Shown: one piece after another, positions 14,016-24,944 of the stretch
Position numbering within the stretch: position 1 is the stretch's first letter
Layout: the number at the start of each line of letters is the position of its first letter
Origin: Negaprion brevirostris
Taxonomy: Eukaryota
Direction: 5' to 3'
Assembly (NCBI GenBank): GCA_030324005.1
Contig: JARDVH010000099.1
Coordinates: 41,515,289-41,579,288, forward strand
Length of the DNA stretch: 64,000 nucleotides
Notes under the pieces: generated by a model
The model's input: the letters and a program-made list of their open reading frames with translations, nothing else
What the model was told of the DNA's origin: nothing
The model's database searches: none
Translations under genes and position numbers: made by a program

Positions 14016-14153
14016 GGGTGGGACTTTTCTGTTGCGCTCACCTCAAGACTGGAAATTTCTGCTTGAGGTCAATGGACTTTTAAATGGTCCATCAAATTGT
14101 CCATCCCACCAGTGATGATTTCCAAGGTTGGCAGGGGACCAGAAAATTTACCC
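14016..14153. mobile_element. MITE inserted in Gypsy pol
   Basis: TIR-like ends gggtgggacttttc / gaaaatttacccc. 'cattg' is present at both junctions, and removing the insert rejoins INPAETL to NLTDKRLAQ in frame. Confidence 0.7.
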
Positions 14154-14219
14154 CATTGAATCTGACAGACAAGCGTCTTGCTCAGACCAAACAAACTATA
14201 CAACGAGAAGTAACTCTCC

Positions 14220-14328
14220 AGATGGAATTTTCCTGTCCCACCCGCCATGGGAATCATGCAAAGATCTATTGATCTCGGACGGGATTTTTCGGTCTTAAGG
14301 CAAGTATAGTCAGAAAATCCTGCAGCCC
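14220..14328. mobile_element. Second MITE copy (opposite orientation) in Gypsy pol
   Basis: ggaattttcctgtcccacccgccatggg...ttgatctcggacgggattttt...agaaaatcctgcagccc is the reverse complement of the 7346 family. Confidence 0.6.
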
Positions 14329-15442
14329 AAGTGCTCTAGTGATGATTAATAATGAAAGGATAATTGGAAACCTTCAAAGCCAAGCCTATAGCTATTATAG
14401 AGTATTGGGCACTGAGAGTTCAGGATGTCATTCTGTGCAAAGGAACAAGAGTTATAATTCTGAGGGAGATTAGGAAAGAAATGCAGAAGCGCATTCATGC
14501 AACCCATCAATAATCGATTCTGGCCTGGGAAAGGCAAGACAAGTGCTCTGCTGGCTAAACATGAGCAATGAGATCAAGGTCATATCAGCCAGTGCAGTGC
14601 TTGTCATGAACATCAAGCTAAGCAACCTAAAGAGCCACTCATATCTCATGACATGCCAGACAGACCATGGGTGAGCTTAGAATAGACCTCATGGGTAGAA
14701 TTCATTGAGACTTTTTCTAAGTGTCCAGCTAGCATGAAAACACTAGTTCATGATATGTTTTTTGGTGAGTTTTCATGCCCAATCAAATGCGCTAAGTCTT
14801 TGAAAATATGGGCTAGACTGTTCCTAGTTGCTAGAGGCAATAGGTGGGGCCTACTTCACCAGACAGCCAGCAGCTCAGATCAGAGCCACAAACTGCGCAT
14901 GTGCAGGAAAAGCAAAAAAAAACAGCTCTGCTGACAGAACCCTCAGGCCACATACAGTCTCCCCCTCCCCCCACAGACTACGGAGACTCTTCCCCAACTT
15001 TACTGACCCCTTTATCAGTCCTCACTCTCCCTGGACCTCCTTGCACATGGCCCCCTCATCACATCCCTGGTCCCAATGACTGACTGACATGACCCTCTCT
15101 GTCCATCTCCCCTGCCCATAATCATCACAGAGGCCCCCATTCNNNNNNNNNNNNNNNNNNNNNNNNNNNNNNNNNNNNNNNNNNNNNNNNNNNNNNNNNN
15201 NNNNNNNNNNNNNNNNNNNNNNNNNNNNNNNNNNNNNNNNNNGACTGCTCTTCTGAATGTGGCACCCCCACCCCCACCACAAACAACCACCACACCTGCA
15301 AGTGCTGCCTTGGCTTTTCCTTAATGGTAACATGGCAAACTGCATTAATCTCGCTGAAATGCTCTAACAGGCACTTGGCTGGTCCAAACTGCCTGCAGCT
15401 GATCTGCCCTAATAAGGGACAATTCCATTAAGAACTCCAAAA

Positions 15443-17516
15443 ATGGACAGACAGGCAGGCAGCGCAGAAAGAAAAGGCCTCCAGGATGACAGCTCCCTTT
15501 TTTCGGATGCAGATCTGGCCAGGTTGCTGGAGGCAGTGGACCAGCGCACTCTCTTCCCCTCAGTAGGACGCCATCCCAGAGAAAGGGATGGAAACACAGC
15601 CTGGAAGCTAGTGGCTACATGCATTAGTGCCAGGGCACTGACCAGGAAAACCAGGGAGTAGTGCTACAAGAAACTTTGCATCTTCCCCCTAAATTACTTC
15701 CAGATCCACCCACCCCAGCACCTTGCATGCTTTCAGTCCCTGACCCCAAGCACCTCCCTCCTCCCCCCTGAAAAGTATCACAACCCTTGCCCTCTGAAAG
15801 CCACCCCTGAAACCCTGCAGCACTCATGCCATCAAATTTTCCAGGCTCCTTCCATCTTCACAGNNNNNNNNNNNNNNNNNNNNNNNNNNNNNNNNNNNNN
15901 NNNNNNNNNNNNNNNNNNNNNNNNNNNNNNNNNNNNNNNNNNNNNNNNNNNNNNNNNNNNNNNNNNNNNNNNNNNNNNNNNNNNNNNNNNNNNNNNNNNN
16001 NNNNNNNNNNNNNNNNNNNNNNNNNNNNNNNNNNNNNNNNNNNNNNNNNNNNNNNNNNNNNNNNNNNNNNNNNNNNNNNNNNNNNNNNNNNNNNNNNNNN
16101 NNNNNNNNNNNNNNNNNNNNNNNNNNNNNNNNNNNNNNNNNNNNNNNNNNNNNNNNNNNNNNNNNNNNNNNNNNNNNNNNNNNNNNNNNNNNNNNNNGGC
16201 AGGCTCGAAGGGCTAGATGGCCTACTCCTGCTCCTATTTCTTATGTTCTTATGTTCTTATGTTCTGTCTCACAACTGACCATCCCAGAAACTCTCACATC
16301 AGTGGGTCAAGTTAATGGCGAGGCATCTAGGTCACTCTCTGATGTGGATGACACATCTGCTGGTGCACATCAGGTGGAGGAGGGAATGTCCGAGGCCTCT
16401 GGCACGCAGGGGGCCTACCGGAGGCCAGGGCACAGCTGGCCCCAGGCTATATTCTGTGATCACTTCTCCCTCAGTGCTGGAGATGCATCAACAGAACTAG
16501 GGCATGCACGAGGGCTGAAAGCAACCTTGGACTGACTGCAAGGCTGTTGGGAGGAGTCCCAAAGCTTTGAGCTGGGCTAGCTATTGCCTGTCTTGCGTTG
16601 TTCCCGGGCCAAAACTGCAAGGGTGGCATCCATGGTGGAAAGCCTTGGGCAAGAAATCCTTACCATGAGTGGCATGATCCAAATGATGGCAGAGTCACAG
16701 CAGGCCACAGCAGAGTCCCAAAGGCCATGGCTGAGTCACAACAGGCAACAGCTGAGTGCCTCAACAAGCTTCTTGAGATTCTGCAGCTGATGGCTGAAAG
16801 GCTCGAGAGCTTGCAGAAGACCCAGTAGGACAGTGCTGAGATACAGCAGGCTATGGCTGCAGCTTTGAGAATGTAGCCCACTCACAGATGGTCATGGCTG
16901 AGAGGCTGCAGAGCTTGCAGGAGACCTAGTGGGACAACGTTGGTAAGCAGCGGCTATGGCAGCAGCCCTTGAGAATGTGGCCCAGTCACAGAAGGTCAGG
17001 CTGAGGGGCTACAGAACATAGCCCAGAGTCAGAGGACATTTGCTGCTGCCATTGACAGGTGGTCCCCGAGAGCCATTGCAGAGGGCTCGACCACCATGGT
17101 AAGAACGCAGATGGTCCTCCAGGACTGGCAGGCCCAGGTAGTGCTGGAACTTCTAGGGCTCACAGAAGACGCACCTTCATCCCATGGAGTGACCTAGAGC
17201 CCCAGAGGAACCCCAAGGGAGGATGAAGGGCTCAAGCCCATGCTAGGGCCTTCCAGCCAGGAGACTGCGGCTGTGGCTATACCTTCTGACCCCTCCACTT
17301 CCTGACACCGAGGCATCTCAGGGCAGCAGAATGAAGAGGGTGTCATGGATACCCTCCATGACACCAGGATGCCAGCCAGGGCCCTCAAGATCTAGGTCCC
17401 CCCGAGGACGATTGCCAAGGGCATCACAGGCCATGGGGTGTAGGAGGCAGCTCCGACATGCACGTGGGGAGACACTGAAACATAGTGGTAAGCCACATAA
17501 GGTTAAGAAGTTGTAG
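15443..17516 (+). pseudogene. Harbinger Myb/SANT-like (trihelix) DNA-binding protein gene, decayed
   Basis: FSDADLARLLEAVDQRTLFP...TAWKLVATCISARALTRKTRE*CYKKL is a Myb/SANT-like domain. It is followed by heptad repeats (16680-17040) and a Pro/Arg-rich basic tail (PGPSRSRSPRGRLPR...HSGKPHKVKKL). Stops, frameshifts and a gap interrupt it. Confidence 0.8.
16198..16265 (+). mobile_element. CR1 3' tail inserted in the Harbinger element (body hidden in gap)
   Basis: ggcaggctcgaagggctagatggcctactcctgctcctatttcttatgttcttatg is nearly identical to the tails at 21365-21428 and 52728-52782. Confidence 0.8.
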
Positions 17517-18178
17517 CAGCACTAAATGACATGGCTGAAAGGCAACACTAGGTAGATAAAATATTTAGGCACTTTAGAGTCTCATATTCACAGGGTTTTA
17601 TATTATCAATTATTTTGAAAGCAGTATTATTGGCACAATAAATATTATTTCACCTCACACCTGTGACTAACTTGTCTCTAATTAACCTCTAACAGGAATG
17701 TACTTACTCCAACGATCTCCAGAGGACCTACACATTGATGTCAGTGGGGGAGGCCCTCAACACACTGCTCCTGAGAAAATCAAGGCGCTCAAATAATTCA
17801 CTGACTACAGAGGGTGGCATGCATTGGCAGAAACTTACAACATCTGCCATGGCATCCCCACAACCCACAAGAGAATCCTCCCCCCTCCACCCACCCCTCC
17901 CAGAGCCCTGCATGGGGGTTTAGTGCTCCCTTATCCACGACCCAGACATGGGCCCAGGTGCTAGCGTACATGTGGAATTCAGGTAGGAGTCAGACTAGTT
18001 TGCACTAGGGCATCATCACAATGGCGCATAGCAGGTTGTCATCAAACTCCTGCCTGCCACAGAAACTCACTAATACATTGTACCCAGGCCCAGCACTCTG
18101 GTGTTGCAATGTTGCAGGAGATTGTAGGACTCCAAGGAGAGGGGAGGGAATGGAACCTACGTGTGACAACACAGGCTC

Positions 18179-19400
18179 TTAGTGACCAAAGCACGTGGTG
18201 ATCAGGGCCTCCCACACTGCTGTTGCATGCCTGATCCTTGCTGCCATCAGCCTTCCAGCGCATAGGTGGTGTTGTTTGTCATCACCATCCTCCTCCTTCT
18301 CCTCCTCCTTCTGCTGGGTGGCCTCCTCACCAGCGATGCCCTGCTGGTCAGCCTCCATGACCTTCTTCTCCAAAAGGTCTCTTTGCTGCTGCGGCAGGTT
18401 GTAGGGCACAGCATACCACCTCAATGCAGGATGCTATCAGGGGGCTATATTGGAGAGCCCCACCAGAGTAGAGCAGTCCAGACACCTGAACTGCATTTTG
18501 AGGAGCCCTATGCACCGCTCCACTATTGAACAGGTGGCAACTTGGGCTTCATTATATCAGTTCTCCGCATCAGTCTCAGGCCTCTGCACAGTATCATCAG
18601 CCAAACCTGAAGTGGGTAGTTCATGTCCCCCACAATCTCTGAACCCTCACCTCCCCTTCAAAGACATCTGGGACATCAGAACTCCTCATGCATGCTGCAT
18701 GGGTGTCTGGCACAGATGTGCATGATATTCAGCTGATGGTTTCATACCAATTGCTCATTTATTGAATGGAAGCCCTTTCTATTCATGAATCTTCATGGAT
18801 TTTTCACCGGGGCCTGGAGGGTGATGTGGGTGCAGACTATAGCTTCTTGCAAGTTTGGTATCCCTGCAATGACTACAAGTCCTGCAGTCCAGGTTTCCTG
18901 CTGCTCCTGGTCCAGGTCAAATTTAATATACTGGTCAGCCCAGGCATACGGGTATCCGTGACATTCTTGACACACTTGTGAATGGACAGTTGGGAAATGC
19001 CACAAAGGTCTCCACTGGTAGTCTAGATAGAACTGGTGGTTTAACAGTTGAAGGCGGCTGTCAATTTCACAGCCACCAGGAGGGATGCTGCTCCATGCTG
19101 CGAGGTGCCAGGCCCTGCAATGAATGGCACAGGTGTCGCGCTGTCTCCTTTTAGAGCCAGTGACTCATGATGTTCAACAGCTGCCTGAAGGACACTCATG
19201 TGTGGAACTGCTGGGGTCTCCACTCCCTCCTTAACCTGCCCCCTTCCTCAGGATGAATGGTGTCCACAATTTGAGTCCAGCAGCTGTCTCCCTCTACTCC
19301 TGGTAAGATCTTGGTCTCCTTTGCAATTTGTCCTCCTGCTCCTACTCCTCAGCTCCAGCAGCAACCAAAAGAACAGCAAGGTCAATTGGTTGCATCGCAA
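18179..19400 (-). pseudogene. Harbinger (HARBI1-like) DDE transposase, decayed
   Basis: Fragments LLVAVKLTAAFN, GDLCGISQLSIHKCVKNVTD, IAGIPNLQEAIVCTHITLQAP, FMNRKGFHSIN, YNEAQVATCSIVERCIGLLKMQFRCLD, then an acidic tail. These are PIF/Harbinger transposase motifs in the expected order. Confidence 0.88.
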
Positions 19401-20428
19401 AAGTCATCTCGTCAATCTGAAGAGGTGGGGTGGAATTTGGGGAAGGGGGGAAACTGATGGAGAAGTTAAAGAACTCTTCTCACTGCCAGCCCAGCAACAC
19501 ACACTCCCCGTACCTTCCCGCATAGTCCCAGTAACACACACACTCCCTGTACCACCCCTCCCCACCCCCCCCCGCCCCCCCACAGACCCCCAGAAACATG
19601 CCTCCACACTCCAGCAACACACACTCCCCATACACCCACCCCGCCCACAGATCCCAGAATGGCAACACAGCAAACCCCCCCTCCATTAGCCATCCCCAAT
19701 CATAAAGAGACACCTAGAACTTATGCAGTAGTGGCTATAGACAGTGCTGCTCGGCAAGACCTGAGGCTGCAGCACTGCCACTTCAGAGAGTTTCCAGCCC
19801 ATCTTCCACCTACAAGTATTTGCTGCTGTCTGCACTAGCCTGCTGCCTATATACTCCCCATTTTACTCCCCACACACTCTCAGCCCCGCGACCCGAAACA
19901 CAACACGGCCATCACAAAACAACCCCCTGTGAACATCGCAGAACAGTTTGAAAGCAGAGACTTACCTCAACGCTGACCCTCACTGCTCAAGCACCTGAAT
20001 CTGACTTTTATATATGAGGGGTGGGATTTTATGGCCTCACTTGAGCAAGACTGAAATTCCCACCTGAGGTCAATGGAGATTTCCATTTTTGGACCCCCGC
20101 CTACACTGATTCTGTGGTGGGTAAGGTGATAGAGTTCCAGTTGAGGTGTTTTTCTGACCAATCCAGCTGCAGCAAAAGAATTCATTAAGGCAGGTGAGCT
20201 GGGACAATTGGGCTTGAAACTCACTAATTACATTATGATGAATGCAAAGAAAATGCATATTGACATTTCACTCGTTTTTGGTGAGCTCCCGAGCTCGCTG
20301 ATTTTTTTTTCTCGGTAAAATGGGAATGGGTGCAAAAACATGTGCTATTTACACTAGTCACTTCATGCCCGAATTTACAAAATTTTCCCACCACAAAACA
20401 GGCACAATGAGGTTGTAAAATTACACCT

Positions 20429-20740
20429 CTTCTCTCATTAGAACCACCTTGTCACTATTGACTACCATTCAGAATACTGGGAATCACACAAGTTGACATC
20501 AGTGAGATTGAAGAAGGCCTGAAAGCACATTTTCAGTTTATGAGTGAAGAATTAAGACATCTTGTAAATGATTGGGGAATTCAGCATTGCAAATGAGATC
20601 AACCATTCCCCAACATTGACAATGAATCAACAGCAAACAATGAAGCATCCTGGGATACCAACAACAACACCACTGCAGCAAACAAAGAGTCATGGTTGAA
20701 TTGGACAAAGAACCCTCATTGTTTAAGCTCGAAATACTAT
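20429..20740 (+). mobile_element. Gypsy integrase, resumed after the Harbinger insertion
   Basis: cttgtcactattgactaccattcagaatactgggaa translates as LVTIDYHSEYWE, the integrase core motif that normally follows PW...IDLF. Confidence 0.7.
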
Positions 20741-21090
20741 TTTGATTTGATTTGATTTGATTTATCATTGTCACATGTATTGGTATGCAGTGAAAAGTAT
20801 TGTTTCTTGCGTACTATACAGATAAGCACACCATTCATGGAGAAGGAAATGAGAGAGTGCAGAATGTGATGTTACAGTCATAGCTAGCATGTAGAGAAAG
20901 ATCAACTTAATACAAGGCAGGTCAATTCAAAAGTCTGATGGCAGCAGGAAAGAAGCTGTTCTTGAGCGAGTTGGTACATGACCTCAGACTTCTGTATTTT
21001 TTTCCCGACGGAAGAAGGTGGAAGAGTGTATGTCTGGGATGTATGGAGTCCTTAATTATGCTGGTTGCTTTGCCAAGGCAGCGGAAAGTG
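20740..21090 (-). mobile_element. LINE 3' end (Rex1/Babar- or L2-like) with (tttga)n tail
   Basis: A (tttga)4 microsatellite tail, then tcaaaagtctgatggcagcaggaaagaagctgttcttgag, typical of this LINE group read in reverse. Confidence 0.55.
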
Positions 21091-21099
21091 TATAATTGC

Positions 21100-21428
21100 C
21101 GGATGAATAATTGCCGGAAGTGAATAATTTGCCGGATGTTAGTGATGGAAAGATGGTAGGACTGGAGGGTCTCAATGACATTATTGTTACTAGAGAGGCA
21201 GTGCTCGACAGACTGGAGGGNNNNNNNNNNNNNNNNNNNNNNNNNNNNNNNNNNNNNNNNNNNNNNNNNNNNNNNNNNNNNNNNNNNNNNNNNNNNNNNN
21301 NNNNNNNNNNNNNNNNNNNNAACTGAGCCACGACAGATCAGCCATGATCTTATTGAATGGCGGGGCAGGCTCGAGGGGCTAGATGGCCTACTCCTGCCCC
21401 TATTTCTTATGTTCTTGTGTTCTTATGT
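21100..21428 (+). mobile_element. CR1 LINE (internal part collapsed in gap)
   Basis: IIVTREAVLDRLE (the pre-RT tether) lies before the gap and a CR1 3' tail after it. Confidence 0.75.
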
Positions 21429-23334
21429 TAAGTGTAGAAATAGAAAAGTATCCAGAAAAGATGGAATTCAAGTCAAACCACTTAAGCAAGGAAATTTCGA
21501 GCTGCCGCCACACCTCATGACCGCCTCCTTTTTCTTTGTTGGAATGTAGGATCCATTCCATAGGATATAGATGATGCAAAACTCATTACATGATACAAAG
21601 ACAAATGCAAAAGAGGATTCTACAACAAGTACTGGGGAACCTCCTTCCTTAGTATCACTAAGAAGGTCTTTGCTAAGGTCAAGCTTAAAATAATTTATTT
21701 ACTTACCAAACTATTGTATCCAGAAGCAATGGTTTATGTGCGGGCAGATCGAGTATGGATTTTTAAAATTAAGTTGTGGGAATTAGCTTGCCCATTCCTA
21801 ATTGCCCTTGAGACGGGTGGTGGTAAACCTCTGCAGCCCATGGTGTAGGAACACCCATAGTGCTGTTAGGGAGGGAATTGTTATGGAGCACCCATAGTGC
21901 TGTTAGGCAGGATTTTGACTTGCTGACAGTGAAGGGACAGTGATATATTTCCAAGTCAGAATGGTGTGTGGATGCTGCCAGAACTTATCTAGCATTTTCT
22001 GTTTTTATTTCCTCCATAGAAGGTTTAGGCTGCCTTTCAATAGGGCCAGACATTCTCAATATTGAGCTCCTTGCAAACACATGCTGCCAAATAAAGTAGA
22101 TTAATTACATGGTCACTGATTTGCTTGACAGAATTCATGCTGAGAAAGACTTTCTTGCAATAAAATGTAAATTAGCGAATCTAAGAACTGACCTTTAGAA
22201 ACGTAATTGTATTTAAAAAGAATTGCTTTTAGAAAATCTAATTAGAATGACAGCAGATTATTGCATATGTTTATTTTTATAAATTGGGTAACTAAAGGAT
22301 TTCTTATTTCCATACTGTGAATAGATGGTTAAATTAGTTTTGTTGTACTGATTGGTTTGAATTTGTTCAATAGAATTGTTTCAGATGAGAAAACAGACTG
22401 TTAGCCAGTAATATTTAGGAGCTTGACAGCATACATTTTATAAACAAGCAAAATGATAATTATTTAACCTGATTCTTAGTGCTTGAAGTGCAATAATGGG
22501 CTGATAGTGAGTAAGGTGGAAGGAGATTTGTGTGGGATATAACACTGGCATGTATCTGTTAGGCAAAATGACCTGTTTCGGTGTTGTAAAATTCTATGTA
22601 ATTTTATGCTCTACAGGGACTATTTTGTTGAAAACTCAACATTACCCCATTTGTGTGTAAAAATAAGGTTTCTTTGCTTTCTGAGTGAAATATTACTAAC
22701 GAAGCAGCAGATCTGAGGATTTTTTTCAGTTTGTGTGTTTACCGAAGTGACAAAAACCAATGAAGCATCCTGGGTCACCAACAACATTTGCACAAAAGAT
22801 ACTTTAACTCCTTCAGTGTCTAGTTCTTAAAGCCAATATCACAAAAGGATCATAAATAAACACCAGAAAGTAACTAGCCGGGGATTTAATATTATTTTCT
22901 GAAAGGATATTTGGCATGTCATCTCCTCATTAAGTATTTATATACATTTTCTAAAAATCACCTATTTTCCCTTTAATCTCGTCGCAACAATAGGAAAGTT
23001 CTATTACCTTTCAGTGACCATCCAAAATGAGTATTGTCTGATCTATTTTGGGCATACTATCATTACAATATTTTTTATTAGATATGTTACACTTTATTTG
23101 ATTCAACACCAGGTATTTTAGTTACATTATGCCTGTTTCTTCCATTATTTTGTCTACAGCTTTAATTTTCCTTATTTTGTATTTGGGCAATACCTCTCAA
23201 TCGTGGATGTTCTTGCAGCAGCAGTCTCAGAATTCTGAACAAGGATATTATGCTGGATATATCTTTGCTTTTTCTAAAGGAAGATCTAATAAATAAGAGA
23301 GGGAATTATATCATAGAATCCATCTAACTCATAT

Positions 23335-23650
23335 ATCATAGAATCACTACGGTGCAGAAAGAGGCCGTTTGGCCCATCAAGTCTGCACCGACCAGAATCC
23401 CTTCCAGGCCCTACTCCCGTAACCCCATATATGTATCCTGCTAATCCCCCGATACTAGGATCAATTTAGCATGGCCAATCAACCTAACCCACACATCTTT
23501 GGAATGTGGGAGGAAACCGGAGTTCCCGAGGAAACCCACGCAGATATGGGGAGAATGTGCAAACTCCATACAATGACCCAAGACTGGAATGGAACCCTGG
23601 TCCCTGGCACTGTGAGGCAGCAGTGCTAACCACTGTGTCACTGTGCTGCC
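23335..23650 (-). mobile_element. HE1-type tRNA SINE with CR1-like tail
   Basis: Reverse strand ggcagcacagtgacacagtggttagcactgctgcctcacag (box A)...ggttccattcc (box B), with central domain gggtttcctcgggaactccggtttcctccc and a CR1-type tail ending in (attctatg). Confidence 0.88.
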
Positions 23651-23760
23651 TCAAATATCTAAGTATGTCATTCTGCACCTATTTTTGTCCATTACATATA
23701 CACGCATAACGAGGTGTACCAATCTTTACATGTTAGAAGAGATTTGCCTGCACCAACTAC

Positions 23761-23900
23761 TGTAAGAAGTCTCACAACACCAGGTTAAAATCCAACAAGT
23801 TTATCTGAACCACAAGCTTTCTGAATGCTGTTCCTTCATCAGGTGAGTGGAAAGTTCTGATCAGAAACAGGACATATAAAGGTACACACAGTTTACAGAA
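23761..23900 (-). mobile_element. Penelope-like terminal repeat containing a degenerate minimal hammerhead core
   Basis: Reverse strand CAC CTGATGA AGGAACAGCATTCA GAAA GCTT GTG, followed by aaacttgttggattttaacctggtgttgtgagacttcttac. Confidence 0.7.
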
Positions 23901-24037
23901 TACTGAATACCACATCATGCACTAGCTACTCACAGGAGTCTATCCCAGACAGCAGCTCCAATGAATTCTCCAATGTAGAGATCAAAGAGGCATCACAGCT
24001 TTCACCCATACCTTCTAACTTTATTGACACACACTTA

Positions 24038-24347
24038 TTTAATTTATTTATTTATTAATCACAAGTAGGCTTACATTAACACTGCAATGAAGTTACAGTG
24101 AAAATCTCCTAGTTGCCACACTCCAGCACCTCTCTGGGTACGCTGAGGGAGAATTTAGCATGGCCAATGCACATAACCAGCACTTCTTTTGGATTGTGGG
24201 AGGAAATTGGAGCACCCTGAGGAAACCCCTGCAGACACAGTGAGAACATGCAAATTCCACACAGACAGTGACCCAAGCCGGGAATCGAACCTGGGTCCCT
24301 GGTGCTGTGAAGCCGCAGTGCTAACCATTGTGCCACCGTGCTGCCCC
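24038..24347 (-). mobile_element. HE1-type SINE, alternative-tail variant
   Basis: Head gggcagcacggtggcacaatggttagcactgcggc...ggttcgattcccgg. Tail cactgtaacttcattgcagtgttaatgtaagcctacttgtga(ttaa/taaa)n. Confidence 0.88.
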
Positions 24348-24944
24348 ATCTGGCTGACACTTAGTATTAAAGAGGTATCAGGATCACAATCTGGTGAGAA
24401 CCAGATCCACAGAGGCAGCAAATTAACCTGCTCAGGCCTCGGGTGGTAAGAAGGGAGCACGTCCCTCAGTCTCCCTTTCCCTAATGAGGCTCCCCAATAT
24501 CTGCCAACACTCTGGATGTCCCCTATCCCTCTAACCTTTGCAACTTGGTCGCCATTCCCTTGCCACCCTCACCTCACGTGAACCCTCTCCCACCCGAGCA
24601 CTTTATGTTGTAATGAGTGTGAGACAACTGCATCCATGAAAGGCTGGGTGCTCACCCCAGAACCTCCTCCATTTGCTTCAGCAAGGCTGCTAGTCATCGT
24701 TAGTATAGTCTGAAAGTACTTAAAGAGGATCCTGTTTATTTCTATGAAATTGATACTTCAGACGCTGAAAGTTGAACTTGTTCATGCTCTGACATGAGCT
24801 AGTGATCAACAAGTCACTTGTTGCTTGTTTTAATTCATCCCTTGCTAATCTACATGGGCATTTCTTACCTTTCTATCAAATTCTATCACGTATCTTTTGA
24901 TTTCCCACATTTGTGCCACCTTTTCCACATCCCATTGTTGACTT

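Larger units (their letters stand above)
11480..14692 (+). mobile_element. Decayed Gypsy/Ty3 LTR retrotransposon gag-pol, 5' part
   Basis: Gag-like DLIRDKIALG near 11540. RT-like PRRIPVVL..KDKIEELEKVGIIKKVTTPTDWISS...GFWQ at ~12510-12850. RNase H IESDHKPLKGIFLKQLLSAPNHLQRMLLYLQRY...ADMLSRA in ORF 13735. Integrase Zn-finger region to HDMPDRPW at ~14470-14670. Many stops and frameshifts. Confidence 0.88.
14693..20428. mobile_element. Near full-length decayed PIF/Harbinger DNA transposon
   Basis: Ends gggtagaatt / aattacacct, flanked by CAT / CTT (an imperfect 3-bp TSD). It contains a convergent Myb-like gene (+) and DDE transposase (-), and splits the Gypsy integrase at ATA GAC CTC | TTC TCT. 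Confidence 0.85.

Noticed and set aside
18179-19400. Possible domesticated HARBI1 / NAIF1-like host genes
   Set aside because: Multiple stops and frameshifts, TIR-like ends and insertion into a Gypsy element mark this as a dead transposon.
23600-23650. tRNA-like A/B boxes here and in other copies
   Set aside because: These are SINE heads followed by SINE core and tail. No full cloverleaf is visible, so they are not called tRNA genes.
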